Source: an uncultured Pseudomonadales bacterium
Lineage (GTDB): Bacteria; Patescibacteriota; Microgenomatia; UBA1400; UBA12028
Length of the DNA stretch: 54,830 bases
Reading direction: 5' to 3'
Assembly (NCBI GenBank): GCA_964635905.1
Contig: CAZWPK010000004.1
Coordinates: 91,012 to 145,841, forward strand
Part shown: positions 17,208 to 27,143 of the stretch, one piece after another
How the letters are laid out: the number at the start of each line of letters is the position of its first letter
How positions within the stretch are numbered: position 1 is the stretch's first letter
Notes under the pieces: model-generated
The model's database searches: none
Seen by the model: the letters and a program-made list of their open reading frames with translations, nothing else
What the model was told of the DNA's origin: nothing
Position numbers and translations under genes: made by a program

Positions 17208-17364
17208 TATAGGGCTACATTCTCCTGTTAGGTATTGTTAGATGTTTGAAGTCTCTAGCCCTACCCCTCTTGTGGCTAAAACACCCTAAACCAGTGGCTT
17301 TTGCTATAGGAAGAGCGTGGTGTGCATACCTGATTTTGTTTTTCCTAGTAGTACAATCAGCGGT
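17208..17364 (+). promoter_or_regulatory. conserved 157-nt region upstream of LSR2 with hairpins and -10 TACAAT
   Basis: Aligns to 6505-6661; TACAAT 17352-17357, 7 nt before ATG. Confidence 0.55.
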
Positions 17365-18945
17365 ATGGATTACGAAGTGGATACCTCCAAACTCAAATAC
17401 GTCATGTATGTCCGTAAGAGTACCGATGACCCAGAGCGCCAAGCTCGCTCCATCCCCGACCAGATTGCGGAGTGCCAGGAGCTCGCTAAACGCCTCAATC
17501 TTACTATCGTTGGGAGGCCTATTGAGGAGACCAAATCAGCCAAGAAACCTGGGAAGCGTCCATTGTTTCGGCAGATGCTTAGAGACCTGACGGCTGGTAA
17601 ATATGACGGTATCCTTTGTTGGAATCCTGACCGCCTGGCCCGAAATATGCGTGAGGGTGGTGAAGTCATCGACATGATTGATGAAGACATCATCAAGGAC
17701 TTAAAGTTTGTAACACACCACTTCACCAAGGATGCAAACGGCTTGATGCTTCTGGGACTTGCCTTTGTCCTCTCCAAGCAATACAGCGACAAATTATCAC
17801 AAGACGTGACTCGTGGGATGGTCCGTAAAGCCAGTGAAGGTCGAAGCCATATACCCAAGCATGGATATGTCATTGATGACAACGGGAGATATCAGCCAGA
17901 TGGACCGAACTTTGACCTCATCAGACAGGCCTGGCAGATGAAATTACACGGTGAGCCACTCGAAAAGATTTCCAATACTATCAATGGTCTTGGGTATCAT
18001 CGCCTCATCAAGTCCACAGGTCGTAAGGTCAATATGGACAAGAGAATCTTGAGTGAATTATTCCATGACTCCTTCTACTTTGGGATGTTGGAGCAAGCGA
18101 GTGAGACGGTTGACCTGCGCACCAAATATGACTTTGTTCCTGCTGTGACCGAGCAAGAGTATGCTCAAGTCCAAGCTCTGACCAGAAGCCGTATCATCCC
18201 ACTCGTCTCACATCGCTTTACCTTCTACCCATTCAAGACGTTTGTTCGCTGTGCATTCTGTGACAACAATATGACTGTTGGTCCTTCGACTGGGAGTACA
18301 GGCAAACGGTACTTAAACTTTCGCTGTGAGACTCCAGAGTGCAAACGTATCAAGAAATCTGTACGGGTAAAAGTAGTCCTCGATTGGTTGTATGCGTTTC
18401 TCGCTGGTGGACTCAACTTCACCGAGGCAGATTACAAACAATATCTAGAGGAGATGACAGATGTCATTACCAAGCAACGAGCGACGCTTGAAGGTGAACT
18501 GCACGCCAAACAAGGATTACTCAAGACGACTGATGCCGAACTCAGGACCACTGCCCTCCAAGTCATCAAACAAGAAGAAGATTCAACTGTCAGACGTATC
18601 GGTGAGGAGCACGTCAAGGAACTGGAGCAACAGAAAGCGCAGCTAGAGACAGAGATTGCCTCTATCAAACAGACCATGCCTGATGTTGCACAGGATGCAC
18701 TTACCTTAGAAGATTTCTTGAACTTGTCAAAGAATGCGGCAGAATCAGTCAAAGCAGGCACTCCAGAAGTCAAAGACCAAATTGTCAGAATTATCTTCTT
18801 GAACTTATGGATTGATGAAGAAAAAGTAACGAAATATCAGGCTAAAGAGCCGTTTCATTCCCTGCTTGCTAACAGGCAACTACCTACTAGTCGGGGTGAC
18901 TGGACTCGAACCAGCGACCTCTTGCACCCCATGCAAGCGCGCTAG
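17365..18945 (+). CDS. large serine recombinase 2 (526 aa in integrated state; tail read antisense through tRNA-Pro(GGG))
   Basis: YVRKST catalytic motif, CAFC...CETPEC Zn ribbon; roughly 75-80% identical to LSR1 by eye, same length. Confidence 0.95.
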   Translation: MDYEVDTSKLKYVMYVRKSTDDPERQARSIPDQIAECQELAKRLNLTIVGRPIEETKSAKKPGKRPLFRQMLRDLTAGKYDGILCWNPDRLARNMREGGEVIDMIDEDIIKDLKFVTHHFTKDANGLMLLGLAFVLSKQYSDKLSQDVTRGMVRKASEGRSHIPKHGYVIDDNGRYQPDGPNFDLIRQAWQMKLHGEPLEKISNTINGLGYHRLIKSTGRKVNMDKRILSELFHDSFYFGMLEQASETVDLRTKYDFVPAVTEQEYAQVQALTRSRIIPLVSHRFTFYPFKTFVRCAFCDNNMTVGPSTGSTGKRYLNFRCETPECKRIKKSVRVKVVLDWLYAFLAGGLNFTEADYKQYLEEMTDVITKQRATLEGELHAKQGLLKTTDAELRTTALQVIKQEEDSTVRRIGEEHVKELEQQKAQLETEIASIKQTMPDVAQDALTLEDFLNLSKNAAESVKAGTPEVKDQIVRIIFLNLWIDEEKVTKYQAKEPFHSLLANRQLPTSRGDWTRTSDLLHPMQAR

Positions 18946-18964
18946 CCAACTGCGCTACACCCCG
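18891..18964 (-). tRNA. tRNA-Pro(GGG)
   Basis: Minus strand CGGGGTG/CACCCCG, CTTGC-ATGGGGT-GCAAG, GTTCGAGT; CCA not encoded. Confidence 0.96.
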
Positions 18965-19138
18965 AAAGGACAAGAACTAGTAGTATACCGCAACTTTCTT
19001 GAAATATCTTTGCTTTTTCTTGAGTACTCATTGAATCTATTCATTCTATTACAATCTCCTTTTTGACAAATGTTTCTAAGTATGTTTCTATGATCCAAAG
19101 GCAACCCAAAACCCAATCCGTTTACTAGAAAGGAATTT

Positions 19139-20230
19139 ATGTCCCCAGCACCTCAAACACGCCCGCAAGCAGCTATTCCTCAAAACGACCGCAGTGAGCG
19201 TTTAGAAGCGGTCAGAATTGCCATGCAGCAGATCGAAAAGCAGTATGGCAAGGGATCCATCATGAAACTAGGGGAGCAAATGAGTACACAGGAAAACATT
19301 CCTGTTGTTTCTTCTGGTTCCATTGCTTTAGATTTGGCACTTGGAGTTGGGGGATTTGCCCGAGGGAGAATTGTGGAGATCTATGGACCCGAAGCCTCAG
19401 GGAAAACCACTGTCTGTTTACATGCGATTGCCGAAGTGCAAAAACAAGGTGGAACTGCCGCGTTCGTTGATGCTGAACACGCTATGGATCCTAGTCGCGC
19501 CAAGGTTATCGGTGTCGATTTGGACAAATTGTTGATTTCTCAACCAGATAATGGAGAACAAGCATTGGAAATTACCGAAATGCTGATCCGTTCCGGTGGT
19601 GTAGATATCGTCGTTGTGGACTCTGTTGCTGCGTTGACGCCCAAAGCAGAAATTGAAGGTGAAATGGGAGATGCAGTCATGGGTGCACAAGCACGGTTAA
19701 TGTCACAAGCGATGCGGAAGCTGACATCGGCTGTCAATAAAAGTAAAACATTGTTGATCTTTACCAATCAGATCCGTATGAAGATCGGTGTCATGTTTGG
19801 TAACCCGGAAACGACAACTGGTGGACAAGCCTTGAAGTTCTATGCTTCTGTACGTATTGATATGCGAAAGATTGGAAATATCACCGAAGCAGAAACGGTA
19901 GTGGGTGGACGACACCGAGCCAAGGTCGTCAAAAATAAATTAGCACCACCATTTAGAGTCGCAGAATTCGACATTATGAATGTGGGTGGAATATCGAAAA
20001 GTGGTGGGATTATTGACGTTGCCACGGAACTGGGTATTCTCCAAAAGAGTGGAAGTTTCTATAAATATAAAGACAAAACGTTGGCTCAAGGGCGTGAAGC
20101 ACTGAAAGCTGAGTTGGAAACGAACACAGGCTTAATGACAGAACTGGATACGCAAATTCGACAGCGTATTAAAGATGGCAAAGCATCTGCGCCAATTGAG
20201 ATTAAAGAATCAGAGGACGCAGAAGAATAA
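19139..20230 (+). CDS. recA: recombinase A
   Basis: [44 protein letters not shown]. Confidence 0.99.
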   Translation: MSPAPQTRPQAAIPQNDRSERLEAVRIAMQQIEKQYGKGSIMKLGEQMSTQENIPVVSSGSIALDLALGVGGFARGRIVEIYGPEASGKTTVCLHAIAEVQKQGGTAAFVDAEHAMDPSRAKVIGVDLDKLLISQPDNGEQALEITEMLIRSGGVDIVVVDSVAALTPKAEIEGEMGDAVMGAQARLMSQAMRKLTSAVNKSKTLLIFTNQIRMKIGVMFGNPETTTGGQALKFYASVRIDMRKIGNITEAETVVGGRHRAKVVKNKLAPPFRVAEFDIMNVGGISKSGGIIDVATELGILQKSGSFYKYKDKTLAQGREALKAELETNTGLMTELDTQIRQRIKDGKASAPIEIKESEDAEE

Positions 20231-20236
20231 CCACAC

Positions 20237-20713
20237 ATGGGACCCTTGAGAATTTTGGAGCTTTTATTAGGCCGCTATCTTTCCATGCGCACTCGGAGCG
20301 AACAGGAAGTGCGTACTTATCTTGCCAAAAAATCGTCAAAACTACCTGTTGAGCAGGAGCAGATCGACCAGCTCGTAGAGAAGTATCGAGAACTAGGATA
20401 CATTGATGACGTCAAGTTTGCGGAGGTCATGTCGCATAGTACCGTGGTGAATAAAGCTAAGGGAAAGCGAGTCTTACAGATTAAACTGCAACAGGCGGGG
20501 GTCGAAAAATCCCTTATTGAGCAAACGTTACGAGAAATTGATCCACAAGAAACGAACGCAGCTATGGAAAAACGGCTGAATAAGTATAAATCTAGGTTAA
20601 ATAAACTGGATCCTAGAGAAGCCCGCATGAAAGCCTATAGCTATTTACTCAGCTCTGGCTTTTCCTCGAGTGAAATTCGTCCATTCCTTGACGAATGGCG
20701 AAAAAAAAGGTAG
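20237..20713 (+). CDS. recX: RecX regulatory protein
   Basis: YLSMRTRSEQEVRTYL, LGYIDDVKFA, YLLSSGF; directly after recA. Confidence 0.88.
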   Translation: MGPLRILELLLGRYLSMRTRSEQEVRTYLAKKSSKLPVEQEQIDQLVEKYRELGYIDDVKFAEVMSHSTVVNKAKGKRVLQIKLQQAGVEKSLIEQTLREIDPQETNAAMEKRLNKYKSRLNKLDPREARMKAYSYLLSSGFSSSEIRPFLDEWRKKR

Positions 20714-20943
20714 ACTGTGCGGTGCTTTTTGAAAAAGTCATTAGGAAATTATAATCGTATAACTTATGTTCTCTCACACTTCCATCGCACCAGATGTTTG
20801 TGAACGATTACTGCTCATATCAGGGTAGTTTTTGAGATTCTTTTCCTTTTTTGCTTTTTCAAACCAAAGTATGGTCCACGGTTGTGGTACCAGCTGATTG
20901 TATTGATCAATGAATGCAATTGTAGATATGCAAAAGGAGCGTT

Positions 20944-22545
20944 ATGTCTTTTTTTAATCGATTATCTGGATTTTTAGGAAGTTCACAGAAGCCTGGAGTA
21001 GTCAAAAAAACTCCAGCCACAGTCGCTATCCCTCGTCCAGCAGCTCCAAGACCCCAGCCCCAGCCTCAAGCTCAACCGCAGCCTATCGTGCAGCAAACTC
21101 CTCAGGTTCAAAAACCCCAGGTGAGTCAAGCTGAAAATGATGCGATGGTTCGTGAAGCACAAGCTCGAGCACGGGAAATTATTGTCGAAGCCAAAGCATC
21201 TGCGCTTTCTCTTCGAGAAGATGCTGAGCGACAAATGCGTGACGTTCGCGATGAAATCAATAAAGCGCAGCGATCCATCGATCAGAAGTTAGCGAGTATT
21301 GAAATGCGCTTGAAAACGATTGACGATCGTGAAAAAGAGCTCTCGAAACGAAAAGCAGAGCTTGAGAGCCTGACACTTCAAATTGAAGATACCCGTGTGT
21401 CATTGGTACAAAAATTAGAACAGGTTGCTGGACTCACTCGTGAAGAAGCCAAACGTCAGATTCTGGAGAACCTAGAAAAAAGTGTCTCCAAGGATATGGC
21501 CGAAGTAGTGCAAGCCAAGATCAATCAGGCCAAAGAAGAAGCAGATGAAAAAGCCTCAGAGATTTTGATTGATGCCATGAAGCATGGAGCAACCAACTAT
21601 GTTTCAGAATACACCGTCTCGGTCGTTCAGTTGCCTAGTGACGATATTAAAGGGAAAATCATCGGAAAAGATGGACGAAATATTCGTACATTTGAACAAG
21701 TAACCGGAGTAGATGTCGATCTTGATGATCAACCAGGAACCGTCCGTTTATCCTCCTTTGACCCTGTCCGACGTGAAATTGCTCGTGTCTCCTTAGAGCG
21801 CCTCGTCAAAGATGGTCGTATTCAGCCAACCCGTATCGAAGAAATCGTCAAGAAAGTATCGGAAGAGCTCGACAAAATCATGTTCGAAGAGGGGAAAAAG
21901 CTCTGTCACGCTGTCGGTGTGTACAACATGCCACATGAATTGATTCAGATGCTCGGACGATTTAAATATCGTTTCTCCTACGGACAAAACATGATTGCCC
22001 ATACACTGGAAGAAACAAAGATTGGAATTGCACTGGCACATGAATTAGGTGCAAATGTCGACACTGTTCGCTTAGGATGCCTGCTGCATGACATCGGAAA
22101 AGTAGTTTCGGATGAAGAGGGTAGTCACATTGAATTAGGTGTCAAGCTACTCAAGAAACATCGCCTACCCATCGCTGTGATTGATTGTGTGGAGCAACAT
22201 CACGAAGATAAACCATTTAGTAGTAAAGAAGCAGTGCTCGTGTATGTTGCCGATGCAATCTCTGGTGCCCGACCTGGTGCACGCTACGAAAATTACGATG
22301 AGTATGTGAAACGTTTACAGAAATTAGAAGAAATTGCAAAATCAGACCAGAAAGTAAAAGACGCATTTGCAATCCAAGCTGGTCGTGAAATTCGTGTGAT
22401 CGTGCATCCAGAGAAGAGCTCCGATGAGGATGTGGTATTACTCTCGCACAGTATCAAAGATCGAATCAAAAATGAGGTAACGTACCCTGGTACGGTGACA
22501 GTCACTGTCATTCGTGAGTTACGCGCGATTGATATTGCAAAGTAG
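20944..22545 (+). CDS. rny: ribonuclease Y
   Basis: Coiled coil, KH (KGKIIGKDGRNIR), HD (LLHDIGK), ADAISGARPGAR, AIQAGREIRV. Confidence 0.97.
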   Translation: MSFFNRLSGFLGSSQKPGVVKKTPATVAIPRPAAPRPQPQPQAQPQPIVQQTPQVQKPQVSQAENDAMVREAQARAREIIVEAKASALSLREDAERQMRDVRDEINKAQRSIDQKLASIEMRLKTIDDREKELSKRKAELESLTLQIEDTRVSLVQKLEQVAGLTREEAKRQILENLEKSVSKDMAEVVQAKINQAKEEADEKASEILIDAMKHGATNYVSEYTVSVVQLPSDDIKGKIIGKDGRNIRTFEQVTGVDVDLDDQPGTVRLSSFDPVRREIARVSLERLVKDGRIQPTRIEEIVKKVSEELDKIMFEEGKKLCHAVGVYNMPHELIQMLGRFKYRFSYGQNMIAHTLEETKIGIALAHELGANVDTVRLGCLLHDIGKVVSDEEGSHIELGVKLLKKHRLPIAVIDCVEQHHEDKPFSSKEAVLVYVADAISGARPGARYENYDEYVKRLQKLEEIAKSDQKVKDAFAIQAGREIRVIVHPEKSSDEDVVLLSHSIKDRIKNEVTYPGTVTVTVIRELRAIDIAK

Positions 22546-22577
22546 CATTTGGGAATCGAAGAAGAGAGACCTTATCT

Positions 22578-23207
22578 ATGAAGGTATTTATCGTTCGTCA
22601 CGGAGAAAGTGAAGGCAATGTTTCTCGTCGTCATCAGACAGAAACAGAAGTGTTGACGCATCATGGGGAAGATCAAGCCAAAAAAGTCGCAGCGCGTTTC
22701 GCACATATCAAGATCGATCGGATCATTAGTAGTCCGATGACACGTGCCAAACAAACAGCCGAATCAATTGCCGCAGTGACTGGGGCGCACATTCTCTTTG
22801 ATGACCATTTTAAAGAAATTAAACACCCTCAGGTGATCCAAGGTTTGAATCATGAGGATCCCAAAGCGGTGGCAATCAGAAGTGTCCTTGAGCAGCATAT
22901 CGATGACCCCAACTTTCATCATTCGGATGAAGAAAATTATTTTGATTTCATTGTGCGTGTGCAAAAAGGACTTCGTAGTCTAGAACAATGGGAGTCGGAA
23001 GATCATATTGTGGTAACCACCCATGGGCACGTGTTACGCGTACTTTTTGGCCTAATTGTTTTTGGATTCGAGTTTGGAACCCATGAATTTGACCGTATGA
23101 TTCATCACATCAGTACGTCAAATACTGGGATTACAATGGCGGAATTTACCTTAGAACGCGGATGGCAGCTGATTGCCTATAATGATCATGCGCATTTATT
23201 AGAATAA
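22578..23207 (+). CDS. histidine phosphatase family protein
   Basis: IVRHGES, SSPMTRAKQTA, VTTHG. Confidence 0.92.
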   Translation: MKVFIVRHGESEGNVSRRHQTETEVLTHHGEDQAKKVAARFAHIKIDRIISSPMTRAKQTAESIAAVTGAHILFDDHFKEIKHPQVIQGLNHEDPKAVAIRSVLEQHIDDPNFHHSDEENYFDFIVRVQKGLRSLEQWESEDHIVVTTHGHVLRVLFGLIVFGFEFGTHEFDRMIHHISTSNTGITMAEFTLERGWQLIAYNDHAHLLE

Positions 23208-23230
23208 CGGTATCACAATACTCAAACGCT

Positions 23231-25003
23231 ATGTCGACGAACTATCAGTGGGATTTAACACGCATCTATCACTCTTTAAGTGATCCCAAGTTGGAATCAG
23301 ACTTACAAAAATTTGAATCGGAATGCGAGCAGTTTTATTTCACCTTTTCTTCAAACCAAGACTATTTAACCGATGAGAAGGCTTTGCTGTCAATTTTGAC
23401 GGCCTATGAAGGACTTTTAGACTCTGATACGGGGTATCGACCCTTAATGTATCTGTACTACGTTTTAGCCTTAGACGCGCTGGATTCAGAGGCACAGTCC
23501 ATGCTCGTGCGCTTTACGCAGAGAATAACAGAAGCATCGAACAAGCTGGTGTTTTTCACGCTGCAACTTGGGAAAATTACGCCGGAATATCAAACTAAAT
23601 TTCTTTCAAGTCAATCACTCCAACACTATCAGTACTTTTTAGAGCGAAAGTTCCTCACCGCAAAATATGATCTCTTAGAAGAACAAGAAAAAGTCCTACG
23701 CTTATTGTCGCAGCCTTCGTATTCCTTGTGGACCCAAGGTGTAGAAAAAGCCTTGAGTAGCCGATCCATTCCCTTTGAAGGAAAGGATCTTCCTCTCTCC
23801 GAAGCCCAAAATATCGTGTCGAAACTGCCGACTCGAAAACGTCGACAATTGCATCATCAAATCATGCAAAAGTGTGGAGAAGTGATTGAATTTGCGGAAA
23901 GTGAATTAAATGCTATTTTGGCTACCAAACGCATCGAGGATGAGTTACGCGGATATACATCGCCCTATCAAGAACGTATTTTATCCGGAGAGAATGATGA
24001 AGCCACCATTAACAGAATGATTGACATCGTGACGGCACATTTTCATCTCGCGCACCAGTTTTATCGATTGAAAGCGAAGATGTTGGGACTTTCAAAACTT
24101 CGCTATGCGGATCGCAACGCTGATGTCGGGAACATTACGAAAACGTTTACCTATGAGGAAGCAACGTCGATACTTTCGATATGTTTTAAAAACCTTGATC
24201 CAAGATTTACCCAAATACTTGAGACCATGTCAGCCAATGGCCAAATCGATGTCTATCCGCGCAAGGGAAAGCAAGGAGGGGCATTTTGTTCTTCTGGAAA
24301 ATCTACTCCGACACTAGTTCTGTTAAATTATGTCGACACTTTTGATAGTGTTCGAACATTCGCCCACGAAATGGGTCATGCTATTCATTCGGAGCTCTCA
24401 AAATCACAGCCCGTTCTCTATCAAGAGTATTCGTTGAGCACGGCAGAAACAGCCAGTACGTTTTTTCAGAATGTTGTGTTTGATCGTTTGATGGAGGAAC
24501 TCAAAACACCTGAGGAAAAAATAGTAGCACTCCACGATAAGATCGCCGATGACGTCAACACGATCTTCCGCCAAATAGCAGTTTTTAATTTTGAAGTGGA
24601 GTTACATAAACGTGCAAAAGAAGAGGGCTTTATTGCCAAGGAGAAAATTGGGGGCTTGCTCAACGCCCATATGCAAAGCTATTTGGGACCGTTAGTTGAC
24701 CTCACTCCCGAAGATGGGAACTTTTTTGTCGTCTGGCCGCATCTTAGAAATTTCTTTTACGTGTATACCTACGCATTTGGTCAATTGGTAAGCAAAGCAC
24801 TCTACGCTAAAGTCAAAGAGGATAAAAAATTTGTCGAAAAAGTAAGCCAATTTTTATTGGCGGGGGGAAGTGATACACCTGAACATATTTTCCAAGCCAT
24901 TGGAATCGATGTCACCGATCCCGCGTTCTTTAAAGCAGGATTAGATTCTATCCAAGAAGATATTACTTCCCTTGAGGGCTTATTGAAGACTGCGGGCCGC
25001 TAG
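23231..25003 (+). CDS. pepF: M3 family oligoendopeptidase F
   Basis: WDLTRIY, IDVYPRKGKQGGAF, FAHEMGH, AETAS, FYVYTYAFG. Confidence 0.92.
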   Translation: MSTNYQWDLTRIYHSLSDPKLESDLQKFESECEQFYFTFSSNQDYLTDEKALLSILTAYEGLLDSDTGYRPLMYLYYVLALDALDSEAQSMLVRFTQRITEASNKLVFFTLQLGKITPEYQTKFLSSQSLQHYQYFLERKFLTAKYDLLEEQEKVLRLLSQPSYSLWTQGVEKALSSRSIPFEGKDLPLSEAQNIVSKLPTRKRRQLHHQIMQKCGEVIEFAESELNAILATKRIEDELRGYTSPYQERILSGENDEATINRMIDIVTAHFHLAHQFYRLKAKMLGLSKLRYADRNADVGNITKTFTYEEATSILSICFKNLDPRFTQILETMSANGQIDVYPRKGKQGGAFCSSGKSTPTLVLLNYVDTFDSVRTFAHEMGHAIHSELSKSQPVLYQEYSLSTAETASTFFQNVVFDRLMEELKTPEEKIVALHDKIADDVNTIFRQIAVFNFEVELHKRAKEEGFIAKEKIGGLLNAHMQSYLGPLVDLTPEDGNFFVVWPHLRNFFYVYTYAFGQLVSKALYAKVKEDKKFVEKVSQFLLAGGSDTPEHIFQAIGIDVTDPAFFKAGLDSIQEDITSLEGLLKTAGR

Positions 25004-25006
25004 CTA

Positions 25007-26032
25007 CTAAACTTTCTCTCCATAGGATTTAATTTTAGGCACGATGGTTTCTCCGTAGTGAGAAAAATGCCGAATAAACCCATCTTCACCCGCGTGTAAT
25101 CGTCCGACTGTTCCTGCAAGAAATAGTCTTGGCTGTTTTGCAGATTCATGAGCGTCGTTAAGATCAATAAACGTATCATGTCCTTCTATTCGTGTGGTCA
25201 CGAGGGAAGCAATGGGTCCAACAGAAGGCAGAAAACCGATACACACGATCGGTTTGTTCTCCGAATATAGAGTAGTACCGTTCTCACTAGTAATGATGAA
25301 TTGTGTTTCATCATGCTGGATACTCTTCACTCTAAAATCTTCTATAATTTCCACGAGCCCTTGTTTTTCAAACTCTCGTACTAAGACGCGGTTTTCTTTC
25401 CAGAGGCAATCTACTGGTAAGGGAATGTCGAAATGCGTGGTAACTAGTCGAATTTTTCGACCAGGTTTAGCAAGTTGTAAGACCACTTCAGTCGCTCCAT
25501 TTGCACCACCGATCACGGTAACTATCGGATCAGTGATATGTTGCCAATCTTGAATCCTTGAATAATGTACAAAGCAGTTTTTATCGGATAACGACTCATT
25601 GGGTGTTGAATAACTGCCCGCAGCCCAAACCAGAAACTGACAGCGATAGGTCTTTTCGCTCTCTGTCTGAAGGATAAACTCTTGTGTTTGTGGGTCAACA
25701 ACGACGGTACTCACTACACAATGCTCTTGAACAGGAAGCTGGTTTTTGTCTACTACGGTTTGTAAGTAGCGCTGATACATTGCATGCGACGGGTGGGGAA
25801 TATTGGCAAGTATTGTAGTGACCAGAGTTCCTCCAACCTGATTTTCATCCTTCGTTGGACTAGATTCAGAGAGGAGTCGCGTTTCCGGAGGATAATCTTG
25901 CCATGACTGACCAACGACACCTTTTTCAAGGAGAATAAAATCTTTGATTCCAGCTGCTTTAAGATCTGATGCAATCGCAATTCCTCCTGGTCCTGCACCG
26001 ACCAGAATTACTTGATGAAATTCCTCCTGCAT
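25007..26032 (-). CDS. FAD/NAD(P)-dependent oxidoreductase (pyridine nucleotide-disulfide reductase-like)
   Basis: ILVGAGPGG, VWAAG, TVIGGANG, ICIGF, LFLAG. Confidence 0.82.
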   Translation of the reverse strand: MQEEFHQVILVGAGPGGIAIASDLKAAGIKDFILLEKGVVGQSWQDYPPETRLLSESSPTKDENQVGGTLVTTILANIPHPSHAMYQRYLQTVVDKNQLPVQEHCVVSTVVVDPQTQEFILQTESEKTYRCQFLVWAAGSYSTPNESLSDKNCFVHYSRIQDWQHITDPIVTVIGGANGATEVVLQLAKPGRKIRLVTTHFDIPLPVDCLWKENRVLVREFEKQGLVEIIEDFRVKSIQHDETQFIITSENGTTLYSENKPIVCIGFLPSVGPIASLVTTRIEGHDTFIDLNDAHESAKQPRLFLAGTVGRLHAGEDGFIRHFSHYGETIVPKIKSYGEKV

Positions 26033-26105
26033 AGATGGAATCCTTTCGCTACAATGCAACAATTCATTGACACTATCATTCTTTAATCTGTTTTGGAAAG
26101 GTCAA

Positions 26106-26726
26106 ATGAAAGCATTACCTGTTGTCATCGTTCTTACCATTGGATTCATCCTCATCAACGCAACGGCCATTGCCTACAAAATTTCTACGGTTCCAGAAAA
26201 CCCTGTGCATCTTCATGCGAATTTTGCGGTGGTACTCAATGATGTCCCAGTGGATTTTAGTAAGCCCTCCTATATGACCATTCAACCGTGCGGTGATACC
26301 GTTCACGGTGCATCGAAAAAGGATCTCGTACACTTACATGATCAAGTTGGAAATGTTGTGCATGTCCACGGTGCGGGTGTGACCTGGCAAGACTTATTTG
26401 ATAGTGTGCAGTATAACCTGCTCTCTAAACTTAACGAAGCCAGCCCCGGAGCTACACCTCAATATTTTTTGGATGGAGATAAAAAAGAGCAAAGTATACT
26501 TGCCGCACCGATTCATTCAAAAGAGCACCTACTTGTCTATGTGGGTTCTGCCAGTGCAGTGACTCGAGTCGAGGATGATCCACGATTAGTTGCTGCGCAC
26601 CACTTTGTGGGTGATGATGCCATCGATTATGAGACAGGAAAGAAGTCGAGTTCCACCTGCTCTCCGCAAGGTAAACGTTCACTCTTTGAACGATTTAAGA
26701 TCGCCTTTGGATTGATTGCCCACTAA
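26106..26726 (+). CDS. membrane-anchored exported protein with His-rich motifs, function unknown
   Basis: N-terminal hydrophobic segment; VHLHANF, VHLHD, VVHVH. Confidence 0.7.
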   Translation: MKALPVVIVLTIGFILINATAIAYKISTVPENPVHLHANFAVVLNDVPVDFSKPSYMTIQPCGDTVHGASKKDLVHLHDQVGNVVHVHGAGVTWQDLFDSVQYNLLSKLNEASPGATPQYFLDGDKKEQSILAAPIHSKEHLLVYVGSASAVTRVEDDPRLVAAHHFVGDDAIDYETGKKSSSTCSPQGKRSLFERFKIAFGLIAH

Positions 26727-27064
26727 GATTTACTGGTTAACCGATGCAGGATTCCACCAATCACTGACAAGAGTAGTGAGAAGAGTAGGGCATTTAAAAA
26801 TCCTCCTACCGCAAACCCCGGGATGAGTGCGTCAACCAATAAGATCAGGATGGCATTAATAATAAAAGTGAACAATCCTAAGGTCAGTAATGTTATCGGA
26901 AGTGTGAGCAAAAAAAGTAACGGTTTTACCGTAGCATTCACGATTCCCAGGACTACTGCCACCAGCAGCGCTGCCAGATAGTTTTCTAAAAATACACCCG
27001 GCAAAATGTAAGCAGTTAGAAAGATGGCAATGCCTTGAACCAGAGTATGAATAATGAATTTCAT
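26723..27064 (-). CDS. YvlD-like 4-TM membrane protein (phage holin superfamily IV)
   Basis: LGIVNATVKPLL.LLTLPITLLTLGLF..IINA, PGF.VGGF. Confidence 0.88.
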   Translation of the reverse strand: MKFIIHTLVQGIAIFLTAYILPGVFLENYLAALLVAVVLGIVNATVKPLLFLLTLPITLLTLGLFTFIINAILILLVDALIPGFAVGGFLNALLFSLLLSVIGGILHRLTSKS

Positions 27065-27143
27065 AGAATACTAGTGTAGCAGATCACTTCAAGTGTTCTC
27101 CACTAGATGAGTATTGATTTCAAGGAGTATAGTAGTTGTATCT

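Larger units (their letters stand above)
16240..18893 (+). mobile_element. 2650-bp LSR element integrated at tRNA-Pro(GGG) 3' end, bounded by GTCG cores (16240-16243, 18890-18893)
   Basis: Mirror image of element 1 with a different cargo gene. Confidence 0.8.

Noticed and set aside
6500-17300. Long duplicated tRNA-Pro 3' fragment as the distal att site
   Set aside because: None found by eye on either strand; shared identity is limited to the CGAC core, consistent with crossover at the tRNA extremity
20714-20943. Riboswitch in the 230-nt recX-rny intergenic region
   Set aside because: Only short weak stems and no recognisable aptamer consensus
26723-27064. Prophage inferred from a holin-family gene
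   Set aside because: YvlD-like proteins are common chromosomal membrane proteins; no phage structural or lysis genes nearby
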